Part shown: positions 38,956-50,616 of the stretch, piece by piece
Position numbering within the stretch: position 1 is the first letter of the stretch
Layout: every line of letters begins with the position of its first letter
From: Anaerolineales bacterium
GTDB taxonomy: Bacteria; Chloroflexota; Anaerolineae; Anaerolineales; UBA4823
Length of the DNA stretch: 64,000 bases
NCBI GenBank assembly: GCA_027494035.1
Contig: JAOSJQ010000001.1
Span: forward strand, 133,693-197,692
Direction: 5' to 3'
Made by a program: the position numbers and the translations under genes
Notes under the pieces: generated by a model
What the model saw: only the letters and a program-made list of their open reading frames with translations
Database searches by the model: none
What the model was told of the DNA's origin: nothing

Positions 38956-41167
38956 ATGCAACCAGAAAGTAAACAGTTCCATGCCGCCATCGGCGGCAAA
39001 GATTTCCATTTCGAAACGGGCCGTCTTGCCGCTCAGGCTGGCGGGGCGGTCACGCTGCGCGTGGGCGACACCATGGTATTTGCCTCCGCTACGATGAGCG
39101 ATACCATTCGAACCGGGATCGATTTTTTCCCTCTGACCGTAGACTATGAAGAGCGCATGTACGCCGGCGGGCGCATTCCAGGCTCTTTCTTTCGGCGCGA
39201 AGGACGACCAAGCGAGGAAGCCATTCTGACCGCCCGTCTGACAGATCGCCCGATCCGGCCGCTCTTTCCAAAAGACATGCGCAACGATGTTCAGGTCATC
39301 CTCTACTCGTTCTCGGCAGACGGTGTCAATCCCATTGACATCCTGGCGATCAATGCCGCCTCAGCCGCGCTGATGATCTCGGACATCCCCTTTGTCGGAC
39401 CGATTGGCGCAGTGCGCGTCGCCCAGATCGGCGGGGAATTCATCGCCAACCCTACCTTCGACGAAATCGAACGCTCGGACCTCGATCTGCGGGTGGCTGG
39501 CACGCGGGATGCGATCTTAATGGTCGAGTGCGGCGCAAGTGAGATTTCAGAATCCCGCATGCTCGAAGCGCTTGAATTTGGTCATGCCGCGATCCAACCG
39601 CTCATCGATTTGCAGGAGCGCATGGCTGCCGAGGCGGGCAAACCCAAACGCTTTTATGAATCCTTCGGGACAAACCAGGACCTCCAGGCTGAGGTCTATC
39701 AACGCGCTAAGGCGCCGCTGGAAAAAACTGTTCGACCAGCCATACGAGAAAGCGGCGCGCTACGAAGGGATCGATCAAATTCGGGATGAACTCGTCGCCG
39801 AACTGGCAGCCGAGGATGAGACCTTGATCCCCGAGGTAAAGACCGCGTTCGAAGAGGCGCTGAAGACCGTCGTGCGGGCGCGCATCCTCGATCAGGGCGT
39901 GCGTCCGGATGGTCGCAGCCTGACCGAAATCCGCCCTATCTGGTGCGAGGTGGATGTCAGTCCACGCGCTCACGGGTCCGGGTTGTTCACCCGCGGAGAA
40001 ACGCAGGTGCTTACCCTGGCAACCCTGGGTACACCGCGCGAAGCCCAGGAATTGGACACCCTCACCCCGGCTGAAACCAAGCGCTACATGCACCATTATA
40101 ATTTCCCACCCTTCTCGACCGGCGAAGTGCGCCCGCTGCGCGGCGCTTCCCGCCGCGATATTGGTCACGGCGCGCTCGCCGAACGCGCCCTGGTACCGGT
40201 AATCCCCGCGGAAACGGTTTTCCCCTATGCCTTACGGCTGGTATCCGAGGTGCTCTCCTCTAATGGCTCCTCGTCGATGGCTTCGGTTTGCGGGTCGACG
40301 CTCGCGCTGATGGACACGGGTGTGCCGATCAAAGCCCCGGTTGCCGGGGTTGCCATGGGGCTCATCAAAGAAAATGAGCGTTTCAGCGTGCTGACGGATA
40401 TCCTCGGCATGGAAGATCACCTTGGGGATATGGATTTCAAGGTAGCCGGGACCGATCGAGGCATCACTGCGCTGCAGATGGATATCAAGATCCGCGGCAT
40501 CACTTCGGAGATCATGCGGCAAGCTCTCGACCAGGCGCGGGTAGCCCGTCTGGCAATCCTGGACGAGATGATGAAGGTCATCCCAGCCCCGCGGCCGGAT
40601 CTCAAACCACATGCGCCGCGCATCACCGTGATCCAGATCCCGACCGATAAAATCGGCGCAATCATCGGTCCTGGTGGAAAAATGATCCGCAGCATTCAGG
40701 AAGACACCGGCGCTAAAATCGACATCGCGGAAGACGGGACAGTTTTCATCGCCACTTCTGACGGCGAAAGCGCCCGCATGGCGCGCGAACGGATCGAAGA
40801 GTTGACTGAATCAGCGGTGGTGGGGCGCATTTACACGGGAAAGGTTGTGAGAGTGACCGATTTCGGGGCATTTGTAGAAATCCTGCCCAACATCGACGGT
40901 TTGGTCCACATCTCCCAGCTCGACAGCCAGCGGGTGAACAAGGTCGAGGACGTCGTCCGCCTCGGCGACGAAATCACCGTGATGGTCACCGACATCGATG
41001 AACAGGGTAAAATTCGGCTTTCACGCCAGGCTGTTCTTGAAGGCTGGACGGTCGAAGAGGCGGCAGAGCACGACCGGCCGCGCGGCGGCGGGCGCCCCGG
41101 AGGGAACCGTCCCAGCGGAGGTCGCGGCGATGACCGCCGCGGCGGTCGCAAGCCCCCGCGGCGCTGA
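38956..41167 (+). pseudogene. pnp: polyribonucleotide nucleotidyltransferase (PNPase); frame broken at the A6 run 39722-39727
   Basis: ORF 38956-39789 is RNase PH domain 1. ORF 39539-41167 is the alpha-helical region, RNase PH domain 2, KH, S1 and a Gly/Arg tail. Removing one A gives ..[24 protein letters not shown].. as a continuous frame. Confidence 0.9.
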
Positions 41168-41193
41168 TCATTTCAAAAGGATCAATAATAAAA

Positions 41194-41229
41194 AGACCTT
41201 GAGGGTTAATTCTCCAAGGTCTTTTTTTC
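41194..41229 (+). terminator. intrinsic terminator after pnp
   Basis: AGACCTTGAG-ggttaatt-CTCCAAGGTCT followed by T7. Confidence 0.8.
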
Positions 41230-41332
41230 GCCGGGCTGCAATTTTGACGCGATTCCCCTCTGATTGCATTATAATTTCGCGGCGGAAGCCACCCTTTTGG
41301 GTGAGCGGCAGTAAATGGAATGAGGTGTTGAA

Positions 41333-41734
41333 ATGGCAATCGAACAAACCGTGCTGGAAGCCAAGCGATACGGGGTTGTGAGCTGCGATCCGCAGGCGTC
41401 TTTGTTATTGGCAGCACAGCGGATGGTTGAAGAGGATATCAGCGCCCTGGTCGTGGTAGGTTCAGATGGCAGCTTGCAAGGCCTCATCTCTCGCACTGAC
41501 CTGATGCGCGCCCTGATCGATGATCAAAACTGGCAAAATCGGTCGGTTGCCGAGTACATGAACCCGGACGTTGTAACCGTCTCTGAAGACGCCTCCATTC
41601 AAGAAGTCGCTAACATTCTATTAGATCGCCAGATCCACCGCGTGGTGGTCGTAAAAAAATATCCGGAGCAAAACCTTCCAATTTCAGTGGTCTCTGCCGC
41701 CGATATTGTCTATCATATGACCCGCAAATCTTAA
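41333..41734 (+). CDS. CBS domain pair protein
   Basis: 133 aa with two CBS-like repeats (ISALVVVGSDGSLQGLISRTDL; IHRVVVVKK...VVSAADIV). Confidence 0.75.
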   Translation: MAIEQTVLEAKRYGVVSCDPQASLLLAAQRMVEEDISALVVVGSDGSLQGLISRTDLMRALIDDQNWQNRSVAEYMNPDVVTVSEDASIQEVANILLDRQIHRVVVVKKYPEQNLPISVVSAADIVYHMTRKS

Positions 41735-41803
41735 AGAGCTTGTTACTTAACGGTCTTTTTTATAAACCGTTTATTTCAAAGTTGTTGCCGAAGGAGGCGA
41801 ATT

Positions 41804-43414
41804 ATGACTGTAAACAAAATGGGAATGCCGAGCAGCTATGGGGTCGAACGCCAAGGGTTTCGGAATTTAAATATGAGCTATTGGAACCTCACGACCCCGG
41901 CGCTGATCGAGCGGATTGTATCCCGCCGGGAAGGAATCATTGCCCACGAAGGCGCTTTGATCGTGCGCACCGGCAGTCATACCGGGCGAGCGCCCAACGA
42001 TAAGTTTGTCGTGTGCTGTCAGGAAGATCACGATCAGATCTGGTGGGGTAAGATCAACAAGGAATTCCCCCCGAAAATTTCAATCGTCTGCACAACTTGA
42101 TGCTGTCTTATTTCCAGGGACGGGATGTGTTTATTCAGGACACGACCGCCTGCGCCCACCCGGATTACCGGCTGCCGATCCGGGTCATCACCGAGACCTC
42201 CTGGCATAACCTTTTTGCGCGCAACCTTTTTATCCGGGGTTGCACCGGGAGAGCTGGCAGACCATGTGCCTGAATTTACCATTATTCACGCACCCAGTTT
42301 TCACGCCGACCCAGACGTGGACGGCACCAACTCCGAAGCCTTTGTCATCTTGAACCTCGAAAAACGTTTGATCTTGATCGGCGGCACCAGCTATGCGGGT
42401 GAGATAAAGAAATCGATCTTTACCACTTTGAATTACTTGCTGCCGCAAAAGGGCATCCTCTCGATGCACTGCTCCGCCAACATCGGAAAAGGCGGCGATA
42501 CAGCCCTCTTTTTCGGCCTCTCAGGAACCGGAAAAACCACCCTTTCTTCCGACCCCGAGCGCTCTCTGATCGGCGACGATGAACACGGTTGGGGGGATGA
42601 CGGGGTGTTCAATTTCGAGGGCGGCTGCTACGCCAAGACGATCAACCTGAGCGCCGAGGATGAGCCGCTGATCTGGAAAGCGACCCGCCGCTTCGGCGCC
42701 GTATTGGAGAACGTAACCATCGACCAGTACACTCGCCGCGTCAACTTCAATGACAACAGCCTGACCGAAAACACCCGCGCCGCTTACCCGATCGGTTTCC
42801 TGGACAACATCGTGCCGAGCGGCCGCGGCGGTCACCCGATCAACCTTTTCTTCCTGACCGCCGACGCATTCGGGGTAATGCCGCCAATCGCCAGCCTGAC
42901 CCCCGACCAGGCGATGTATTATTTCCTTTCAGGGTACACTTCCAAACTGGCTGGCACCGAGGCAGGTGTGCAAGAGCCCCAAACCACCTTCTCGACCTGT
43001 TTCGGAGCGCCGTTCCTGCCGCTCCACCCATCGGTGTATGCCAATCTGCTTGGAGAAAAGCTTGCCCAGCACAAATCGAAGGTGTGGTTAGTCAACACCG
43101 GCTGGACCGGCGGAGCATACGGAGTGGGTTCGCGCGTCCGAATTCCACACACCCGCGCCATGATCCGGGCTGCCCTGGAGGGCAGGCTGGACAACGTTTC
43201 AATGCACATCGACCCGTTCTTCGGAATCGCTGTTCCCGACCATGTTCCGGGTGTTCCCGATGAGATCTTATATCCTCGAAACACCTGGGCTGATCCGGAA
43301 GCCTACGACCGTCAAGCCAGCCTGTTGGTAACCAAATTCCAGGAGAATTTCAGCCACTTCACCAACTCGGTAACCCGTGCGGTGATTGATTCGGGTCCCA
43401 GAATCCAATCCTGA
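41804..43414 (+). pseudogene. pckA: phosphoenolpyruvate carboxykinase (ATP); two frame breaks (C6 run 42067-42072; T5/G4 runs 42227-42239)
   Basis: GGAGG SD before the ATG. N-terminal ORF 41804-42100 is followed by a middle segment in a third frame ([57 protein letters not shown]). ORF 42125-43414 carries [11 protein letters not shown] and the rest of the protein. Confidence 0.88.
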
Positions 43415-43522
43415 AATCACACGGCTTGAAGCAAATGGCGAACCACCAACACTTTTCCATGTAACGTTTAGCGGTCACGCCTCATCTGATACAATAGATC
43501 GATTTGCGAGGATACTAAAGAA

Positions 43523-44533
43523 ATGATGGATTTAAACATCGAGCCTACTCACTCTCAACCCAATCAAAATGAAGAGAAACACGTCAAAGTATTGATTCTA
43601 GGTACCGGTCCGGCTGGTTTATCTGCTGCTTTATACGCCGCCCGAGCAGAACTAAGTCCGGTTGTGCTCACCGGTATGCAGCATGGCGGGCAGGTGTCGC
43701 TGACCTACATCGTTGAAAATTATCCTGGTTTTCCAGACGGGGTAAGCGGAACCGAGATGACTGAGCTGTTCCAAAAACAGGCTGAAAAATTTGGCGCGAT
43801 TCTGGAGTACGATACGGCAACCCGTGTGAACCTATCGCAGCGCCCGTTCCGAGTAGAGACGTACAACACTACCTATCTCGCAGACACGCTCATTGTCACA
43901 ACCGGCGCAACGCCCCGGCATCTTGAAATTCCAGGTGAGCGCGAGCTTACCGGGCGCGGGGTTTCCTATTGTGCGACCTGCGATGGCTGGTTCTTCAAGG
44001 GCAAGGAGGTGGTTGTCGTCGGAGGCGGCGACAGCGCAGTCGAAGAAGCGATCTTCCTGACGCGCTTCGCCAACACCGTGACGATCGTCCACCGCAGAGA
44101 CGAGTTGCGCGCCGGCGCGATTCTGCAAGAACGCGCCTTTGGTAACCCCAAGATCAAATTCATCTGGGACAGCGTGCTGACCGAGATCGTTGGCAAGGAC
44201 GCCGTTAAATCCATCCGAATTAAAAATGTGCAAAGCGGCGCCGAGCAAGAGTTCCAAACCGATGGCGTTTTCATTTTCATCGGTCACACCCCTAACACGG
44301 AATTGTTCGACGGGCAGCTAGAAATGGATTCCGCCGGCTACATCGTAACCGACAAGCTCATGCACACAAATATCCCAGGCGTCTTCGCAGCCGGCGAAGC
44401 AGCCGACCCGGTCTACCGCCAGGTGGTTACCTCCGCCGGGATGGGCGCGGCGGCAGCCATTCAAGCCAATCATTATTTAGATGATCTGGCAGCAGATACA
44501 TCTCCAAACAAGGCTGCGCTCAAGCATCCGTAA
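43523..44533 (+). CDS. trxB: thioredoxin-disulfide reductase
   Basis: GTGPAG FAD motif, CATCDG redox-active site, GGGDSA NADPH motif. Confidence 0.93.
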   Translation: MMDLNIEPTHSQPNQNEEKHVKVLILGTGPAGLSAALYAARAELSPVVLTGMQHGGQVSLTYIVENYPGFPDGVSGTEMTELFQKQAEKFGAILEYDTATRVNLSQRPFRVETYNTTYLADTLIVTTGATPRHLEIPGERELTGRGVSYCATCDGWFFKGKEVVVVGGGDSAVEEAIFLTRFANTVTIVHRRDELRAGAILQERAFGNPKIKFIWDSVLTEIVGKDAVKSIRIKNVQSGAEQEFQTDGVFIFIGHTPNTELFDGQLEMDSAGYIVTDKLMHTNIPGVFAAGEAADPVYRQVVTSAGMGAAAAIQANHYLDDLAADTSPNKAALKHP

Positions 44534-45526
<993 letters not shown>

Positions 45527-45538
45527 AGGAGATACCCC

Positions 45539-46855
45539 ATGATCTTAGAAGAAAAACTAGCTGCCCAGATCCCAGCCTGGAGAGAGCGGGTAAAGAATTT
45601 ACTCGAATCATCCGAATCCGTCGTCGTTGACCAGGTTACGATTGGTCAGGTGTACAGCGGAATGCGCAATATTAAGAGTCTGGTGACGGATATCTCGTAT
45701 GTCGATCCAGTGGAAGGGATTCGTTTAAGAGGCTATACGATTGACGAGACGCTCGCCCGCCTGCCCTGCCTGCCAGGGGCAAAAATGCCGCTGGTGAGCG
45801 GTTTATTCTATCTGCTGCTCATTGGGGAAATGCCGACCCTGGAGCAGGCTCAAGCGGTCGAGCAGGAGTGGAGCGCCCGTTACCGCGTCCCCGAGCATGT
45901 GTTCAACGTCCTGCGCCAGATGCCCTCAAGCGCCCCGGCGATGACTATGTTCTCTCAGGCGATTCTTGCCATGCAGACCGACTCGGCGTTCACTCGCATG
46001 TACAATGAAGTCCTGCAAAAAGAGGACTACTGGCGACCCACTCTCGAAGACAGCCTAACCATGACCGCCAATCTGCCCATCATCGCGGCGTTCATTTATA
46101 ATTTGAAACACAAAGAGGGTAAAGTGCCCGTGCCAGATAAGTCCCTGGATTGGAGCGCCAACTTTGCCCATATGATGGATGTTCACGATCCTTTATACCC
46201 GGACCTCTGCCGGCTATATTTCATCATCCATTCCGACCACGAAAGCGGCAATGCCAGCGCTCACGCAACCCATCTGATCGGCTCCACCCTCTCCGATGTT
46301 TTCTATGCAGTCTCGGGAGGGATGAATGCGCTGGCGGGTCCTCTGCATGGGCGCGCCAACCAGGAATCGCTGAGCTGGCTGTTACACGTTTATGAACAGC
46401 ACGGAAGGGTGCCGAGCGTAGACGAGTTGAGAAAATTCGCCTGGGAGACGCTCGATGCGGGACAGGTCATTCCCGGCTATGGTCATGCAGTTCTGCGCAA
46501 AACCGATCCACGTTTCACTGTACAGCTTGAATTCGGACGGGCTTATTTCCCTGAGGATCCAATTTTCAAGCTCGCCAGCATGGTCTACGACGTCGTGCCG
46601 GATGTCTTGCGCGAACAAGGCAAAGCGAAGAACCCCTGGCCCAATGTCGATGCGATCAGCGGATCTTTACAGCATCATTTTGGGGTACAGGATTGCGACG
46701 CTCATGGCGGATGCGGCTTCTACACCGTCCTTTTTGGAGTGAGCCGGGCGCTGGGCGTGACTGCCAACGCGGTTTGGGCGCGCGCCCTCAACCAGCCGCT
46801 GGAACGGCCAAAATCCTTGACTACAGCCATGCTGGAAGCAGCCGCAAGGAAGTAA
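45539..46855 (+). CDS. gltA: citrate synthase, eukaryotic/mitochondrial-like type
   Basis: Long colinear stretches match what I recall of mitochondrial CS: HSDHE.GN.SAH, GPLHG.ANQE, PGYGHAVLRKTDPR, GKAKNPWPNVDA, YTVLFGVSRALG, LERPKS. Confidence 0.9.
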   Translation: MILEEKLAAQIPAWRERVKNLLESSESVVVDQVTIGQVYSGMRNIKSLVTDISYVDPVEGIRLRGYTIDETLARLPCLPGAKMPLVSGLFYLLLIGEMPTLEQAQAVEQEWSARYRVPEHVFNVLRQMPSSAPAMTMFSQAILAMQTDSAFTRMYNEVLQKEDYWRPTLEDSLTMTANLPIIAAFIYNLKHKEGKVPVPDKSLDWSANFAHMMDVHDPLYPDLCRLYFIIHSDHESGNASAHATHLIGSTLSDVFYAVSGGMNALAGPLHGRANQESLSWLLHVYEQHGRVPSVDELRKFAWETLDAGQVIPGYGHAVLRKTDPRFTVQLEFGRAYFPEDPIFKLASMVYDVVPDVLREQGKAKNPWPNVDAISGSLQHHFGVQDCDAHGGCGFYTVLFGVSRALGVTANAVWARALNQPLERPKSLTTAMLEAAARK

Positions 46856-46872
46856 AAGATGTCAGCGTAAAA

Positions 46873-46895
46873 GGCGGGGAACACCCGCCTTTTTT
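46873..46895. terminator. terminator between convergent gltA and the LysM gene
   Basis: GGCGGG-gaaca-CCCGCC followed by T6, with an A tract upstream. Confidence 0.7.
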
Positions 46896-46943
46896 ATTTA
46901 AGGAAGATAAAGAGAGAATTAGTTCAGCCTGCAAGAAGGCAAG

Positions 46944-48104
46944 TTATGGCGTTGGCGTCGCCGCCAGACCGGCGCTTAACCAGGTGAAAACCCGCGGGTT
47001 GCTAACCGCGCCCGCCGGGTCCCAAATTGGGTTCCCATCATTGTCGGTCCCAATCTGGCGCACCGGCACGATCCACCAGCGGATCACGTGCGGGACGCCA
47101 TCGTTAGGTAAGAACGAAGCCGGTACGACAAACTTGGTGTCCCTCACATAATTAACCAGGCGGCGCCCTTCCTCTTGGGTGATATCTTCCAGATTGACCG
47201 CATACGCTTCATTCTCCCGCAGCGCCCCAACCGCTGCCCATTGCAGCGCGATCACCGCGTTGTTCAACCCAAACGGCGATCCATCCGGCGGAAGCAGCAG
47301 GTTGACTGCGGGATACGGCGGTGGAAGCGTGGGGGTTGGGCTCGGTCCTGGCGTGGCGTTGCGGCGGCAAAGCGGGATCGTTATCACCTGACCAAACCGG
47401 ACCACGTCATTGACCAGTCCGTTGTATTCGCGTAGCGCATCAGCCGGTACGTTGTAGTTTAGAGAAATCGAACTCAGAGTATCGTTTTCCTGAACGGTAT
47501 AATCCAGCTTCTGGCAAGCCGCATCGGTTGCCTCTGCCGGGCTCAGCGTAGACGTTGGTTGGGCAGTCGCGGTGGGGGTTGGCTGCGGGATCAGCAGTTT
47601 TTGATTTTCATAAAGCGTGCTGCAATCCGCCGGCAGGTTATTCAAAAGCACAATGCTCTGGATCGACACTCCAAAACTGTAGGCAATGGTCCCGCAGTTA
47701 TCTCCAAGCTGAACAGTGTAAACGAGAGGTGTTGGACTGGGCTCTGGGGTCCAGGTGGCGGTCGGGGTGACCGGCGTGGAGGTCAGGGTAGGCGTCTCGG
47801 TCAGCGTAACGGTTGGCGAGGCGGTCGCTTCCGCGGCAGGGGCGCTGGTAGCATTCAAAGCCAGATAAACCAGAATTGCGCCAGTTGCCAGGAAAAGCGC
47901 CAGCAACCCCACCACTGCCGGGAGGCTGAGCGTAATCTCAGGCATCCGGCTGCCCTGCACACCCTTCGTGGAATACGCGCCGCGGTCCTTGCTGCTCTCC
48001 GAAAGATCGGTTCCACAAACCAGGCAGCGGGCTGCATCGATACTAACGCGCGTTCCGCAAGTTGGACAGAGTCGAGTTGGAGTTGATTTTGATTCAGGGC
48101 TCAT
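46944..48104 (-). CDS. zinc-ribbon / TM / tandem LysM domain protein
   Basis: CPTCGTRVS...CLVCGTDL, TM helix LSLPAVVGLLALFLATGAILVYL, a Thr/Pro linker and two LysM domains (YTVQLGDNCGTIAYSFGV..; YTVQENDTLSSISLNYNV..). Confidence 0.8.
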   Translation of the reverse strand: MSPESKSTPTRLCPTCGTRVSIDAARCLVCGTDLSESSKDRGAYSTKGVQGSRMPEITLSLPAVVGLLALFLATGAILVYLALNATSAPAAEATASPTVTLTETPTLTSTPVTPTATWTPEPSPTPLVYTVQLGDNCGTIAYSFGVSIQSIVLLNNLPADCSTLYENQKLLIPQPTPTATAQPTSTLSPAEATDAACQKLDYTVQENDTLSSISLNYNVPADALREYNGLVNDVVRFGQVITIPLCRRNATPGPSPTPTLPPPYPAVNLLLPPDGSPFGLNNAVIALQWAAVGALRENEAYAVNLEDITQEEGRRLVNYVRDTKFVVPASFLPNDGVPHVIRWWIVPVRQIGTDNDGNPIWDPAGAVSNPRVFTWLSAGLAATPTP

Positions 48105-48273
48105 AGAATGTTGGTTGAACGTGGCGATTATACCAGCCTTTGATAATTCGTCAATCAGGCTCTCTTAACCTAAAATGCACCTGACTCTATGATAGTATAT
48201 TTGCGCTGCCGGGTAAATTTTCTTGTAGAAACCCATCTTATTGAAGCCCGGATGAACAGTTACGGTCTGAAAG

Positions 48274-49482
48274 ATGTATAGCCTCTATCTTCATATCCCC
48301 TTTTGCCGTCACCGTTGTGGGTATTGTGATTTCAACACCTATGCCAGTCTCGAAACGCTGATTCCTGATTATGTGGAGGCGCTGTGCGTCGAGGTCCGCA
48401 GCCTGGCGCAAGCCGCATCTGACCCGCTTCCAGTTCATACGGTTTTTTTCGGCGGCGGAACGCCGTCGCTGCTGCCCGTTAACGCGGTCAGGCAGATACT
48501 GAATACGATCGAACAATTCTTCGCGTTAACCTCCGAAACGGAGGTCTCGCTGGAAGCCAACCCCGAAACCCTGTCTCAGAATTATCTTTCAGGCTTGCGC
48601 GAAGCGGGCGTCAATCGCCTCAGCTTGGGGGTGCAGTCGGCTCACCCGGGCGAGTTGAGACTGCTCGAACGGACGCACGATTACCCCGATGTAATCCAGA
48701 GTGTGTTGTGGGCGCGCCGGGCAGGTTTTGATAACCTTAATCTGGATCCGATCTATGGCTTGCCGGAACAAAAGCGTGCAACCTGGCAGACCACCCTTGA
48801 ACTCGCCCTGGGTCTTCAACCGGAACACCTTTCACTCTATGCGCTGAGCCTGGAACACGGCACGCCTTTCAGTCATTGGGCGGCGCACGGTTTGCTTTCG
48901 TCGCCGGATCCTGACTTGGCAGCCGATATGTACGATTATGCGACCGACCGCCTGGAGGCCGCAGGATGTATTCAGTATGAGATCTCAAATTGGGCGCGGG
49001 CCTTGCCCGCCGATCAAAACCAGACTTCGCAATCTCCCGCGCTGGCTTGCCGCCATAATCTACAATACTGGCGCAACTTGCCTTACCTGGGCTTCGGAGC
49101 GGGCGCACACGGCTATGCGCATCAATACCGCACCGCAAACCTCCTTTCCCCCGCCGCCTACATCAAAGCGCTGCGCATGGATGCGCCGAAAAGGCCCCCT
49201 TTTCCACGCTCCCCCGCCACGCAAAATCTAGTTCAGATCGATCTTTCGGCTGAAATTGCAGAAACTTTGATGATGAGGCTGCGGCTCACGCGCGAAGGCG
49301 TCTCAGAGAAGCAGTTCGAACAACGGTTCGAGCTTTCCCTGGAAGATAAATTTGCCCGTCAAATCGAACAGCTCATCAACCTCGGGCTTTTAGAGTGGAT
49401 CCAAGACCCTCAGAGCCGTCATCTGCGCCTGACCCGCGCCGGGCGTCTGCTGGGGAACCAGGTCTTCCGGGAATTTATCTGA
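48274..49482 (+). CDS. hemW: radical SAM heme chaperone HemW (HemN-like, coproporphyrinogen oxidase family)
   Basis: LYLHIPFCRHRCGYCDFNT (CxxxCxxC), GGGTPS and a C-terminal HemN_C-like region. Confidence 0.88.
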   Translation: MYSLYLHIPFCRHRCGYCDFNTYASLETLIPDYVEALCVEVRSLAQAASDPLPVHTVFFGGGTPSLLPVNAVRQILNTIEQFFALTSETEVSLEANPETLSQNYLSGLREAGVNRLSLGVQSAHPGELRLLERTHDYPDVIQSVLWARRAGFDNLNLDPIYGLPEQKRATWQTTLELALGLQPEHLSLYALSLEHGTPFSHWAAHGLLSSPDPDLAADMYDYATDRLEAAGCIQYEISNWARALPADQNQTSQSPALACRHNLQYWRNLPYLGFGAGAHGYAHQYRTANLLSPAAYIKALRMDAPKRPPFPRSPATQNLVQIDLSAEIAETLMMRLRLTREGVSEKQFEQRFELSLEDKFARQIEQLINLGLLEWIQDPQSRHLRLTRAGRLLGNQVFREFI

Positions 49483-49542
49483 CCGCCGCAATGGTCACAT
49501 AGCGGCTTTGCGAGACATCCTGTAAAACCGCCTGGACGCTTT

Positions 49543-50558
49543 CTACAGTTTGCGTTTTAGCAGATAATGCGCAAGTTCTTCCAATGCATTTTTCGCTTCA
49601 CCCCGCGGCTGCGCCTCGCCCAGCGCTTCTAACGCCTGGCGCGTGAGTTGGTCGGCTTCTTGTTCCACAAATGAACGCCCCCCTTCAGCTTCGAGCAGCA
49701 TTGCCAGGTGTTCAACTTCATCAGGCTCGATTCTGCCTCGCGCCCAGCGCTTTGCGAATTCGCCTTTCTTTTCCAGACCAAACAGCACCGGCAGCGATTT
49801 TTTCCCCGATACTAGGTCGCTGTCAGTCGATTTGCCGGTCAAGGCTGCGTCCCCCAAATCCCTAGCAGGTCGTCCTGAACTTGAAATGCGAAACCGAGCA
49901 GTTCGCCGAACCGGCGGTAGGCGTCGACCCTGGCAGGCGGAGCCTGGGCGGCGATCGCCCCGATTTGGGTCGAAGCCGAAAGCAGCGCAGCCGTCTTGCC
50001 CGCGACCATGGGCCAGTAATCCTTGACCCCGAGGTCCGGCTGCTGCTCATAGTACAGATCCAGAAATTGCCCCTGGGTCAGGTGCAGGCAGGTTTGTTGC
50101 AGAACCCGGCTGGCTGCCAGCCCAGCCTCTTTTGAAACGATCTCGCCTAAATCGAGCACTGTCAGTTGCGCCAGCGCGAACAACGCATCGCCGGCGTTGA
50201 TTGCCTGAGCCACCCCCCAGATCGTCCAGACGGTGGGTCTGCCGCGGCGCGTGGGGCTCTCATCCTGGATGTCATCGTGCAGCAGCGAAAAATTATGCAC
50301 CAGCTCGACCGCCGCCGCCCCTGAAAGCGCCCGCTCCCACTCTCCACCCGCCGCCATGGTGCAAAGCAACGTCAACAGCGGTCGAATCCGCTTCCCGCGC
50401 GCCTCGACGCCAGCCGCCTCAGCCTCCCAGCCCATGTGGTACGCCAGCATTCGCTGCATTTCAAACAGGTGTGGCGCGTGAGCTTGAGCGATCGTCTGCT
50501 GAAGCTCCCTCTCAATGACCGGCAGCATAAGATCAGACACTCGTTTCAAAGCGCTCAT
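49543..50558 (-). pseudogene. polyprenyl diphosphate synthase (GGPP/FPP synthase family); frame broken at the C5/G5 run 49851-49855
   Basis: First Asp-rich motif LLHDDIQDE and second FQVQDDLLGIWG. ORF 49839-50558 stops just after IWG. ORF 49543-49857 in the -1 frame continues DAALTGKSTDSDLVSGKKSLPVLF. Confidence 0.85.
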
Positions 50559-50616
50559 TGCTTACTCCAGAGACAACTTGTGATGGGGTCTTTAGCTCTT
50601 AGGCTGATCTGCTTCT

